DNA of 64,000 nucleotides from Podarcis gaigeae. Lineage: Eukaryota. The translations under genes were made by a program, and so were the position numbers. The stretch lies in NCBI GenBank assembly GCA_964106915.2, contig OZ066919.1; one strand, written 5' to 3'. Under the pieces are notes generated by a model, which saw only the letters and a program-made list of their open reading frames with translations, did no database searches and was not told the DNA's origin. Below are positions 50,997-62,870 of this stretch, one piece after another (position 1 is the first letter of the stretch; each line of letters starts with the position of its first letter).

Positions 50997-52603
50997 CATT
51001 TTATCACGGTCATCAGAGGCTAGTGGTGTTTCCTTTTCCTTTCCTTTTGCGTCATACAGCATCATTCCATAGGCATTGCTGGAGGTTACTGAAGCTGTTA
51101 CAAATAAAAAGTAAATGGAACTGAGGTTGCAGTTGGTACGAAAATGTCCCCTGGTACTGTTACTCTAACACAGGGGTGGATAACCTTTGGCCTCCCAGAT
51201 GTTGCTGCCATCATCCTTGGTCATTGGCCCTGCTTGCTAGAGCTGGGAGTTGTAGTTCAGCAACATCTTGAGGGCCAAACACCCCTGCTGTTGGGGTGTG
51301 TGATAATAAGCCGAGGTTTACTAAGACTTGTGCAAAAATCTCCTTCCCTCAAACACAGCTCTTTTGTTCATTTCTAATCTTGAGCCATTTATTTAAAACT
51401 TTTTCTTTGTAACTCAATAGTAGGTTATCAGGAAGTTAAAACATAGTTTCATGGTGCAAATTAAGACTTCCAGCTGAGGAAGGGTTCTATGCAAGTAGAA
51501 ATCCTCCAACTGCAATCTTCATCTAACTTCATCTAACCATAGCAAGAGCTATGGGGTTTTGGTATCTATCTATCATCTACTTACCAACATTATTTCCATT
51601 CCACTTAATATATAAAAAATATCCCACTCACAGTTCTTTCTCCAGTCTCTGCCCCTTCTTCGGCAGTTGCTTTAGTAGACTGGTAAAAATCTAACTATCA
51701 AATTGCCAGTCTAATTTTGGTACAACGGCAAAATCAGAGTCAAAAAGGACAGATAATATTTCTTGACTTCACACAGGCCCTGTCTGGTTTAAAGCTGTTT
51801 GGTCAAGTACTTAGGAAGTTACCTTATAGTGAGTCTGGCTATTGGTTCATCTAGCTCAGTACTTGATTACAATTTTTCACACAAGTGCCTGGTGGGCATC
51901 AGTGAGGAGCCTGCTGTTTCAATATTGTGTAAGTTCTGTCTGGTGGTTTAAAGTAGTAACAGATGCATTGTTGCACCTGTGTTTTATTTTACCACATTAT
52001 TTTAAAACTTGTTGTCTCACTTTGGAATTGCCGGTGGCAATAAAAAGTAAGAAATTATTTAAATTAACTAAACAGAACTGGGTGATATCCAATGTGAGTA
52101 AACATAAGAGTAGATTCCACGGACTTGATTCCAGTGGGTCTACTCTGAGTGTCACTTAGCTGGGTATCATCCACTGACTTGCAGTGGCTTCCCAAGGTCT
52201 TTTGGATGTTATGGTTCCCTAAAGATAACCATCTAGAAGCATTAACCTAGGCAACTAAGGTTCAAGCTTGTGCATTGTCAGACGCACATTGGGGAATGAG
52301 CTAAAAGATTTGACTTTTAGTATTTATGCCTTATATATTGTACTTAGTTCTTCACTCTACATATTTACTCTCCAAACCCTAGAGGTTATTTGTCTTCACC
52401 TTCAGAAATTGTATCTGGCAGGCAGTTTTCCAACAATAGGGGATTCCTGGATAATTGTCTCTTTGTCGTCACGGGGCACTGTTGAATTGTTTGGACTTCA
52501 GCTGACTCTTCATTCTCAGTTTTTTTTATTTCTTTTTCCATCTTTGGGATCACAGGGAGTTTTTGTTTGTTAAGTACCAGAAGAGCAACTGATTCTTCAC
52601 CAG
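50997..52603 (-). CDS. Candidate upstream MROH7 exons 52603-52400 and 51094-50997
   Basis: Both are open frames with pyrimidine-rich AG acceptors and GT donors, phases 1/1 then 1/0 (GEESVALLVLNKQKLPVIPKMEKE...DTISE; SVTSSNAYGMMLYDAKGKEKETPLASDDRDKM); no recognisable homology. Confidence 0.35.
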
Positions 52604-53689
52604 CTAGAAAAAGATTGATGGTATTGTCCTTCCCTCATTCATTCACAAAGATCTATATAAAGATCCATTTTGAAAATCTTGACCCATAGCTTGACTTCTC
52701 CAGACTTAGACGTTCCAGTCTTGAAGACCAATGTTCACGACATGAGCAGTGTTCCTGTATGAGGGTCAGGAATTTAGAATGTCAGTGATGCCTCACTGGT
52801 GAACTTCAAATATTTTGCCTTGCAGATTTTCGGCTGGCTTTGGTCCTCCCGCTGTTGCATTGCTGTGAGATGGCTTAAGCCATGCTTTAGTTTAGTGTCA
52901 CCTGAATCTGGGCTCATAGTTTCTCTTGCTCCAGACAAACTACATGCCACAACTAAGGTTTGTCTTCAGTTTATAGCTCAAGGTTTTTCTGGAGGAAACA
53001 ACTCATGAGCCCAAACTCAGGCAACATGCTAAGCCAAAGCATGGCTTACTCACAGCAGGACTTGTGGATGAACAAAGTGGCCTCAATCTGGTAGCTTCCA
53101 CACTCATGCATTCACATCAAACCATGGCTTGACTTACGTGTAAACTAGGGCATATAGGGTGGTGGAGGAATCAAGCCTTCACATTGTGATTAGGGTTGAA
53201 GTCTGTTCAATACCCTATTAAAAACAAAGCAACTGTATTGGAGAGGATCCCAGCAGCCAGACTCTCTTCTGAGCTGATCGGTAGAGAGTTCTGTGTACAT
53301 ACAGAAGTTATCAGCTTTTATAGAGATGGCGATGTTATCACAACTTGATTAATGAAAGATCACAAGATATTAGCTGAAAAGAAAAGGGAAAATAAAAAGG
53401 AAAATGGCATTGGTGGTCAAAAGCCCTTCACCTTTTAAACTTTATGCTGACTTTATGCTTTTTTTACACTCTAACCATGGAATTTAGATAGAAAATGGCT
53501 CAAGCCTACGCAGTCCAAGATCCTTGCAGAACCCAGACCTATACATTTTGGTTCCATAGGCAGCTCTTCTAGTCCCTTTAAGAGAAGGAAGTATAAGAGA
53601 CAGTCTAGTGTCTTTGTAAAAAGAAAAGTTGACAACCAATTCAGATTTTGATACGAAATGTTTGGAAAGCAGTAGTCAGTGCTGGGAAT

Positions 53690-54205
53690 GTGAAAACCAA
53701 TATGCCTTGTGGTTGGAATCACAGCTAAAGAATCTCTGACAGATGACCATCCAACCTCTCTTGAAATACCTCAACGGAAGGACAGTCCACCACCTTCCGA
53801 GGGAGCCCGTTCCACTGCTGAACAGCTCTTACAATTGGAAATTTCTCCCAAATGCTTCATCAGAATCATTTGAGCCCACTTGTTCAGGTCCCATGCTCTG
53901 GAACAGCACAAACCAATTTCGCTCCATCTTCCATGTAACAGCCCTTAAGACATTTGAAGGTGGCTATCATATCAGTTCTCCTCTCCTCCAGGCTAAACAT
54001 ATCCAATTCCCTCAACTGTTCCTCATAAGATTTGGTTTCCAGACACTATCATACTGGTCACCCTTCTCTGCAGACCATCTAGCTTGTCAATATTCTTCTT
54101 GAACTGTGGTGCCCAGAACTGGACACAGGACTCCAGGTGGGATCTGACCAAGGCAGAATAGAGCGGTACTATTACTTCTCTTGATCTGGGCAGTATACTT
54201 CTTTT
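53690..54205 (-). mobile_element. CR1 LINE fragment
   Basis: CR1-typical strings gaactgtggtgcccagaactggacacag..ctccagg, ggctaaacat..ccaattccctcaac and ctctcttgaaatacctc. Confidence 0.7.
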
Positions 54206-54240
54206 ATAAGAGGCTCAGCTGATCCCTACAGAAAGCTCAC

Positions 54241-55073
54241 ACACTTGCTTACTTGCTGGTGAACACTCACAGCCATTTGCTAGTTTCACATTCCTTTTCC
54301 TCGGATGGAAAAAAGGTCTTACTAGTCAATGTCACAATGGAGATGTTTGTGTCATCATTCAAGCCAACAGCGCTAGTTGAACAGTATCTAAGATCCTGAA
54401 CACAATGGGTAAGGTAGCTGACCATGGTTGTAGAATAATACTCGCTGTCTTGAGCACTGCCCTTTCCTTGGCCCTGTCTTGTATCCCTTAGCAGTATGCT
54501 ATTGTTTTGCGTAGGGAATCATCCCTACTTCCATCTCTTTCTTGGGATTTGCATAGAAATAATCCGTAATTAAACATGCCAAACAGATTTGTTACATTTA
54601 TATTTAGTATCTCAGAAAAATGGGACTGAAAATTAGTAGAATTACCAAGGTGACCTAGTCATGTACTTCGCCGAGTACCTAAATGATGCTGACACATTTG
54701 TAGATAAAGGTATTAGACCAGATACTGAGGAACTGATGGACTCAACCAGAGACTCAGTTGAGCAGATCAGAAAAAGAAATACACTTGCTTACTTGTTGGT
54801 GAATGCTCCCAGCTGTTTGCTGGGTTCACATTCCTTTTCCGCTGAGGGAAGAAAGGGCTTACTAGTCAATGTCACAATGGAGAGGTTTGTGTCATCATTC
54901 AAGACAACACTGCTGGTTGCATTGTATCCAAGATAAGGTAAGGGAGCTGAACATGGTTGTGGAATACTGTAATACTTGCTGTCTTGAGCACTGTCCTTTC
55001 CTTGGCCCTGCCTTGTATCCCTTAGCAGTACACTATTGTTTGGGGTAGGGAATCATCCATACTTCCACCTCTC
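54241..55073. repeat. Local duplication of a unique-looking 295-bp segment (54241-54537 and 54781-55073)
   Basis: The two copies align end to end with scattered substitutions and two indels (+11 and -5). Confidence 0.9.
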
Positions 55074-55177
55074 AGTTACTTCTTCTGTTAAGAAGGATGA
55101 TTCCGAAGGAGCCCTCCAGCTTTACTTGTCCAGGGAGGATGGGTGAGAGAGACCTCCCCCCCCCAAAAAAAAGGGAG

Positions 55178-55460
55178 GGTAAAAGGTAAAGGGACCCCTG
55201 ACCATTAGGTCCAGTCGTAGCCGACTCTGGGGTTACGGCACTCATTTCGCTTTATTGGCCGAGGGAGCCGGCGTACAGCTTCTGGGTCATGTGGCCAGCA
55301 TGACTAAGCCACTTCTGGCAACCAGAGCAGCGCACGGAAATGCTGTTTACCTTCCCGCCGGAGCGGTACCTATTTATCTAGTTGCACTTTGACGTGCTTT
55401 CGAACTGCTAGGTTGGCAGGAGCAGGGACCAAGCAATGGGAGCTCACCCCGTCAGGGGGA
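55178..55460 (-). mobile_element. Sauria SINE, 5'-truncated
   Basis: Reverse complement of the Sauria SINE body and its ggtaaa-repeat tail. Confidence 0.88.
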
Positions 55461-56744
55461 TCTCCCCCAAATTCTCCCAGTCACAGTGGGAGGAAGCAAC
55501 CTGACACTTCATTCTCATCTCGCAGCACACCAGCAAGAGTAACTACAACCCCAGACGAAACCAGAGTCATTATCCCAAGAGATGCTGGCTTCATGCAATG
55601 GCTGCTTTTGCTTACATGCTGAACTTCAAGCAGGCCAATCCAAGCCATATTTATTTGGGGATAAATTCCACTGAATTCAGTGGGGCTTTCACCCAAAGTT
55701 AGTGGGCACAGGACTTCCTTTGCAGTAATTCTAAGCACAGGGAACCATGCCTGGTTATGCCTGGCACACCCAAGGGGAGCCAGAGCCTGGGTCACATCCT
55801 GCTCCAAAGTGGGACACAGCAGCAGCACTATCACCACACAAATATCTGGTAAAAAGAGAGAGAGAGAGAGAGAAATGGGTTCCCCAATGCACTTTGGGGT
55901 TAAAGGAGAGTCCTGGATTTCAAAAGGTTGAAAACTACTGTCCTAAGTGATCAGTTTGCTGCTGGTTTGAGATTTGTACAATTTGACAACAACGATGCTC
56001 TAAGCAGACTGAAGCTAAATTCCACAGAATAGGATTTATTGTAAGGATGCTTTTATTCCCAAGAAAATGTGTGAGAGATGGTAGGAAAGGTGGGGGGAGA
56101 ACAATGACTAATAATGGTAACATCCCTACCAGATATCTAAGTTAAATGGTTATGCACTTAAATGGTATTTCAGAGTACTCAAAGCATTCCACCTATGTAG
56201 TTCTTGTTTGGATGTAACAAACTATGTTTTTACATTACATGAACAAGTACAGGGATGGGGAATGTGTGATTCTCCAAATGTTGAACTCCCATCAGCCCAA
56301 GGCCCCATAATAATAAATGCAGTCATGGAAATATGACAACATGCAAAAACAAAATGAGGCATGTGGGCGGGGGAGGTGGAAATAAGACATAATTTGATTT
56401 TTAAAAAAGAATACTTATCCAGTCTCTTTCTGTGCAAATGCACTTATTCTTGAGGGAAAACCTTGCTTACATGCAATGTCACATTTAGCATGTGGCAAAA
56501 TCTGCATCACTTAACAAAAAAGTACTTGTAATGTCTTTTATCAAATCTCATCTTTTATTTGCTTAAATTTGCAGTTCTAAACTTAGAGTGTGCTGCAATT
56601 TGATCCGCTGCACATAAAAACAAGTTGCAAAACTTAACAAGTGCCTATTTTTGAGGCCCACTTTAAGCTTGAGGCCCTCTGATTGGCCCTGAACATGGCA
56701 AAGGGTGAGGGAAGATGGGAGGTATAAGCCAACACCTTCTAGAG

Positions 56745-56882
56745 CAGCGGTTCTCAACCTGTGGGTCCCCAGATGTTGTTGGATTACAACTCCCATCATC
56801 CCTGAGCTCTGGTCTTACTAGCTAGGGGTGATGGGAGTTGTAGTTCAGCAACATCTGGGGACCCACAGGTTGAGAAAGGCTG
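56745..56882. mobile_element. Palindromic hAT-type MITE
   Basis: Near-perfect inverted repeat; perfect 8-bp TSD ttctagag at 56737-56744 and 56883-56890. Confidence 0.9.
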
Positions 56883-58203
56883 TTCTAGAGGGTCACAGGC
56901 TTTCCATTCCTAGTGCAATCCTAAACATAGCTATTCAGTAGCAAATCCTGTTTAATTCAATGGAGCTTATTTCCAGTTAGGTGGGGCTAGGAGTGCAGCC
57001 TTACTCTCTTAGCCATGCTCAATGCTCACAACTGCTTTACCATTGGGAAAAAGTTACAGGAGTGTGGGTATGTCATATTTAAAGCAAAACGATATTCAAA
57101 CTTAGCTGTATATCTTTTAATTAAGTGAAATGCTTATGAAGACTGAAAATTCAGATTACAGTACATGATTTTAAAAAGGGGAAGAACAGCAGCAGCCTAT
57201 TTGGCAATCAAGTGTCAGGATTTCAGAATAATGGCCAATTTACCGTAACTGGCTCACTCAGAAGCTCAGCATTAACCAGCTTCCATCAATTTTGTTGTTT
57301 GGAATTTGTTTTCCATACTTAGAAATTGAACCCTACAGTCAGAAGAGGAAAATTTACTTTTAATCAACATGCAAAAAGGGGGGGTATACTCTACTCAAGA
57401 AGGCATGATTTTTCTTTTTAAAAAAACACAAAAAAAGTTTACAAAGATCAACTTGGTATATTTTTTTTAGCAAAGTCCATCTCGAATCCTTCCAGGAAAT
57501 ATTTGGCTAGTATAATCAAGACCCACTAGTACGTAAGCAGCAACTCAGTCTTTGAATTCATGTAGCTGATGATCAGATGGGACAGATCCAGTTAAGTACT
57601 CGGACCATGAGAGTCCGTCACACAGAGGCACAGCACACCTAAGAAAAACTAGAGGTGGTGATTCGCCTTTTGCTTCCATGACCACAGCTGCACTGGCAAA
57701 CACATTATTGCAAATTTTCTTTTTATCTTAAGGCTTTATCACATCTAGCTTCAAGCTGCTGACCCCCAAATAATTGTCAAGCAGGACACTATTATTATTT
57801 TGCATAACGAAAGGCCAGCCTTTGGTTATGCAAAATAAGCAGTGGGGAAACTGTGGCCCTCCAGATATTGTTAGCCTACAATTCCCATCACTCCTGGCCA
57901 TTGGGTCATGCTGGCTGGAGATTATGGAAGGTGCAGCCAACATCATCTGGAGGGCTACAGGATCCTCACCTTTGCAGAAGACCCCAAATGTACAGATGGA
58001 ACTGTCTGCTGTTGAAATCAAAGGGTAACCAAGTTTGCACATGAGGCTTTGGCATATAGGCAGCGCCATATCTGCCTTCACAGTAATCCTTGGGCTGGCA
58101 GATACAAATAAAAATAATTCCCATAGACTCCCATAGCCATATGCTTAAGATGGCAGAGGGGAAACACTGACATTTCAGTATTCAAAAGCTACACATCCAG
58201 TAT

Positions 58204-59634
58204 TCAGCGAGTCTGCACTTTACTCAGCAAGCTAACAATGGCTTCTTTGTTAAGGAACAAAGTCTCATTAGTATTTTGATTGCATACTTCAAATAGAGAA
58301 GGCTCATCCAAAACCTTCTTGCCACCTATTATAACATACGGGTACCCAAGTTTACTTGCATCTTTTAATCTTTTACCAATCGTGAATTGTGTCCGGTCAT
58401 CCAGTACTATCTCCTCCTTAAGCCAAGGGGCTGCTTCAACAATACAGTTATATAAATCCTCCAGGAGCATTGCCCCTTTCTCCTCCTTGCTCCCTCTCTT
58501 TGGGGGAATAAGGCAGACTTGATATGGTGCAATGAGGCTTGGCCACCGAATGGCATCCTCAGTAGAAAGCACCTCAATGGAGGCTGCAAGAATCCGAGTC
58601 ACACCCAGCCCATAGCAGCCCATTTCAGCCGGAACATGCTTATTTTCTGCAGTGCGGACGGTAGCATTAAAAACAGAGGAGTATTTTGTGCCCAAGAAGA
58701 AGGTATGGCCAACTTCAATCCCTTTGTACTCAGCTAGTTTCCCTTTGCAAACTGGGCAATGCTTCTCATCTGGGTTTATCGTTTCCTCATTGGCTGCAAA
58801 GTCACAGCCTGTGCACATCATCAATCGGTCCTCACCAACGTCAGCGGGCAGCTGGAATTCATGAGACATCGTCCCCCCAATGCTTCCAGTAGCTGCTTGG
58901 ACTTTCACAAAACGAAGGCCTAAGTTGTTGAATATGTTGCCGTAAGCGTTGCACACAAGGGCATAGGTCTGGAGGGCAGCTTCCTTGGAGGCATCAAAGG
59001 TGTACATATCCTTCATATAAAATTCTCTGCCGCGCAGCAACCCAAAGCGTGGTTTTGGCTCATCTCGAAACTTTCTTGTTACCTGGTACAGCAAGAGGGG
59101 AAGCTGCTTGTAAGACAAATGGCCTTGGGAAGCGATTAGGTCTGTGATGGCCTCTTCATGAGTAGGTCCTAGGCAGTATTCTTGATTGTGCCTGTCTGCC
59201 AGTCGTAATAGTTCACTGCCCATGAGTTCCCACCTTCCACTGGCTCTCCAGAGCTCTGCTGAGCTCAATGTGGGCATGTTCACTTTCTGACCCCCTATAG
59301 CCTGCATTTCTCGGTCTATCACTCTGATGAGCTTCTCCAGTGCTCGGACAGTGTAGGGCATATAGTGGAAGCAGCCGGGACTGGCCGGGTAGATAAGTCC
59401 TGCTAGTAACATCAATCTCTGACTTTTACATGTCAGTTCACCTGGTTTGCTGGTTTGCTGCGATGCTATGCTATCCTCCCGCAGATTCATCGACTGGAAG
59501 TGCTGGGATACACACTTTTGTCTTGCATGAAGATCACAATAAAACCTGCAACACTGTTGCTGCTTTTGGCACCATACAATCCAATTTTTCAAAGCAGGAA
59601 GAATCATTTTCCCTCTTCTGAGAAGCCCATCCAT
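58204..59634 (-). CDS. PARS2: Mitochondrial prolyl-tRNA synthetase, 476 aa, single coding exon
   Basis: Uninterrupted ORF from MDGLLRRGK (ATG at 59634) with class II ProRS motifs YCLGPTHEE, KFRDEPKPRFGLLRGREFYMKD, GIEVGHTFFLGTKYS and MGCYGLGVTR, plus a C-terminal anticodon-binding domain. The acceptor at 59669-59670 implies an upstream non-coding exon (candidate donor near 60691). Confidence 0.97.
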   Translation of the reverse strand: MDGLLRRGKMILPALKNWIVWCQKQQQCCRFYCDLHARQKCVSQHFQSMNLREDSIASQQTSKPGELTCKSQRLMLLAGLIYPASPGCFHYMPYTVRALEKLIRVIDREMQAIGGQKVNMPTLSSAELWRASGRWELMGSELLRLADRHNQEYCLGPTHEEAITDLIASQGHLSYKQLPLLLYQVTRKFRDEPKPRFGLLRGREFYMKDMYTFDASKEAALQTYALVCNAYGNIFNNLGLRFVKVQAATGSIGGTMSHEFQLPADVGEDRLMMCTGCDFAANEETINPDEKHCPVCKGKLAEYKGIEVGHTFFLGTKYSSVFNATVRTAENKHVPAEMGCYGLGVTRILAASIEVLSTEDAIRWPSLIAPYQVCLIPPKRGSKEEKGAMLLEDLYNCIVEAAPWLKEEIVLDDRTQFTIGKRLKDASKLGYPYVIIGGKKVLDEPSLFEVCNQNTNETLFLNKEAIVSLLSKVQTR

Positions 59635-60399
59635 TTCGAGACTCACAGATAAAGCTTCTCTTTCAAATCTGCAGGCAGAGAGAGAAAATAAAAGCAAATC
59701 ATTTCACATAAACAGATGCACATTTTATATCTAGCCAAGATTCCCCACATATTTTAGCTACTGTGAGAGCCGAATGCATTGAACACAGCCTGTTTGGCTA
59801 AACATGGGGCTAAATGGTTCTAGCCGATTCAGTTAATTGGCAAATAAATGAGGAGTTTCTAGAAGAATGCGCTTCCCACAACTGCCTCAAATGATGTTTA
59901 AGACCTGCTTCATCACCTTCAAAATGTATGCACAGGCACAAAAATATACATTTGCAATGCTCACACAACAGCTGTGCAGCTTCCCTTGCCCCACTTAGAG
60001 TATACATCTGTGCAGTACATAAAAAGGCGTAATGGCCCTTCCATTATCCCTGACCCATCAGTCTGGGGCTGATGGGGCTGCACCCAGCAACACCTGCAGG
60101 GCCAGAGTCTTCCTCATCCCTGCTGCAATACAAGAAGCTGCATGTTTTAATACCAACAATGAGCTAGCTTTTCCTATAGTTGCAAAGATAACATTTGAAG
60201 AGCCACGAAAAGCAACCAAGTGTCTTCACGGTCCAAATTAAGAAATTGTCCAAATCTGTTATTCTGCAATGGCCTCCAGAGACTTTTTGAGGAAGAAGGA
60301 AAAGAGAAATAAGAATTCCCCTGCTCGTCCTCCAATTACATTGCTATTGTAACATTCCCGTCATTTTCATCACGAGGCACCTATCTCTATGGTGCCTGC

Positions 60400-60960
60400 T
60401 TTGACATTTCTGCGAAGAGGGACGCCGGCGGACTGGGCGCAAAGTTGCAAGAGCTTCCTCGGGGGGAAGTCCCACCGAGCACAAGCAGGGCTTCCTTCCG
60501 AGAAAAAACACAAAAGCACTGGACTTGCACGAACCTCGCTGAACTGGAAGCGCAGCCGAGTCAAGTTTCATACGGAGCAGCTCCTTGAGAAGAAAAGCGA
60601 CCATAAGCGCCGCTGAAGTGCAGGACGCAGTTTATATCCCCGGGGAAGCCTGCAGGGCCAGACTCGTCCTTGCAACGGTCGCCGGCGTTACCACTCTGCG
60701 CTGCAACTTTCCAGCTCTTGCAGCGCCCGTGGCAGAAACCACGCGGCGGCGGGACTGGACGAGCAACACAGTATGCAGCAGCTGCACATGCGCAGCAGCG
60801 ATGCCCCGTCCCTTTCGGAACGGAGGCGGAACCATAGAGTTGAAGGAAACGAAGAAGAAAGAGCGACGCTCTTTCTCTCCCCCTCCGTCTCGGGCGTGCA
60901 GATGAAGTCCGCCAATAACCATGGCGATTCAGGTTCATGCAGCCTCTCATGACACGTGAA
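60400..60960 (-). promoter_or_regulatory. CpG-island promoter and non-coding first exon of PARS2
   Basis: CpG-rich; NRF1-like TGCACATGCGCA at 60783-60794, CCAAT near 60912, E-box cacgtg near 60953, ETS-like cggaa motifs. Confidence 0.78.
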
Positions 60961-61091
60961 GAAGCCTTGCTAAATAGCATCCCGACTCTTTAAATGTTCC
61001 TCTTTTTAGGCTCCTTGTTGCAGAAGTTTCAGTTTGCCGGCCTAGAGTAATGGGAATAGATATGAATTAATAAAATTACTAACTAAAAAGG

Positions 61092-62870
61092 CAGGGGCAC
61101 AGACTTATAAAAAATATTGGGGGGGGCCCATACCAGAGTCCTGTCCCGGGAAGTTTTCTAAATTTTAGATGAAAATTAGTGAGTTTTAAAGTTTTTTAAA
61201 AGTATTTTAGAGTCATATGATCAACATTAAAACCCCGAAAACTCGACTCTCTATAACTCCACACTCCGGGAAACTCGACAAGCCTGAAACACTTTTTGGC
61301 TTTGAAAAAAGAAACAAAACATAAACACGCACGGTATTTTCGTAAAAAGCTAATTTAATTTACAGTAACAATTATGCTTATAGACTATTACAGAGCAGTG
61401 AATATATAGCTCTGAAAAGACTGAAATGATATTTAAATAAATCCTAAACTATCATTAAAATAATAAAACATAAAATATTGCTGTCGCACAGTAATAGCAC
61501 TTTGATTAATAAGTAAAATAGCTAATTTAAGCTTACTTTGAATAAGGCTGAGGGTTCATTAAATAAAAATAATATCTCAAAGTTAATGCTTTAATACAGT
61601 TAATAAAGTTAATACAGTATGCCTAATACTGTATGTAAATACTGTAATACTGTATGTAAATAACGGGCTTTAATTGGGTCTTACACCCTAAAAATATTTA
61701 AGTATTTGAAAATAACTAATACAGTACTATAGTAATATAGAAATACAGTACTAAACTAGTACTAATATTTCGAAACTGAAAATTTAACATTCTGTATGTA
61801 TTTAATTCTCTATTTTATAAAGATTTTTAATATCTGACAGTGAGTTTGGAGTAGCCCAATGCAAAAATTCTGAGGATCCATGTGGATCCGTGCTTTGTAA
61901 CCACGTTTTTGCACCACTGTGACCCTAGGCAACAGTGGGTGCATGATTTTTTTGGTGCAAGATGTAGCCATGGACATGCTATGTGATCTGATGGTGAATT
62001 TGGGGTGACCCAATGCAAAAATCCTGAGGATCCATGTGGATCCGTGCTTTGTAACCACGTTTTTGCACCATTGTGGCCCCAGGCCACAGTGGGTGCGTGA
62101 TTTTTTTGGTGCAGGCTGTAGCCATGGACATGTAATGTGATCTGATGGTGAATTTGGAGTGACCCAATGCAAAAATCCTGAGGATCCATGTGGATCTGTG
62201 CTTTGTCACCACGTTTTAAATGGGAAGGGAAGGAAAAACACAGAAGGGACAAGAAGCACAAGAGGGGTGTGCGGAGAAGCAGCTGGCTAAGAATGCAGGG
62301 GAGGAGTTTAACGGGGTGGGGGGAGGAAAGGAAGGCAAAAGTCCCCCCCCAAGCCAGCCCTCTCTCTCTCTCTCTCCCACCTGCCAGTCCCTAGAGCACG
62401 GAGAGGAGGAGGTGGTGGGCTGGAGCCTGCACGCAGTGTGACTAGGAAAGAATTAGAAGGAAGGACTCGATCCTTTCCTTAACCCTCTGCTTGCTAAGAG
62501 GGCAGGGGATTCCCTGCTCTTTGTTGAGTTTGAGCAAACGCAGCAACAGAAGCAGGTGGGCAGTAAGACCCTGATGCAGAATGCAGGAAAGCAGCAGCTT
62601 CCGCCTTCCCTCCGCCCGACCGCCCAATCTTATTTTTGCCTGATTTTTGCCTATTTTTGCCCCTGCGCTCCGGCGAGTCAGCTCCAGGGACCACACATTC
62701 GCTCAATAACACGCACAGACATTTCCCCTTACTTTTTAGGAGAAAAAATCTGCATGTTATAGAGCGAAATTTACGGTAATAATTTTCTTAAATTATTGGG
62801 GGGGGGCGGAGCCAAACGAATTTTTGAGGGGGCTCGGGCCCCCTCAGGCCCCATGGAGTCGGTGCCTATG
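61092..62870. mobile_element. Non-autonomous hAT-like DNA transposon (1779 bp)
   Basis: Perfect 8-bp TSD taaaaagg (61084-61091 and 62871-62878); imperfect TIRs caggggcacagact / agtcggtgcctatg; no transposase ORF. Confidence 0.85.
61855..62216. repeat. 154-bp tandem repeat, about 2.3 units, inside the hAT element
   Basis: cccaatgcaaaaat.ctgaggatccatgtggatc recurs at 61855, 62009 and 62163. Confidence 0.92.

Noticed and set aside
59635-59697. N-terminal extension of the 497-aa PARS2 ORF
   Set aside because: It starts at a non-ATG codon in the polypyrimidine tract and crosses the splice acceptor; homology begins at ATG 59634
60344-60980. Cluster of ORFs in the PARS2 promoter
   Set aside because: GC-rich island with no homology; better explained as a non-coding first exon and intron
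61810-62261. Repetitive ORFs and a possible CRISPR-like array
   Set aside because: Plain 154-bp tandem repeat with no unique spacers, in a eukaryotic transposon
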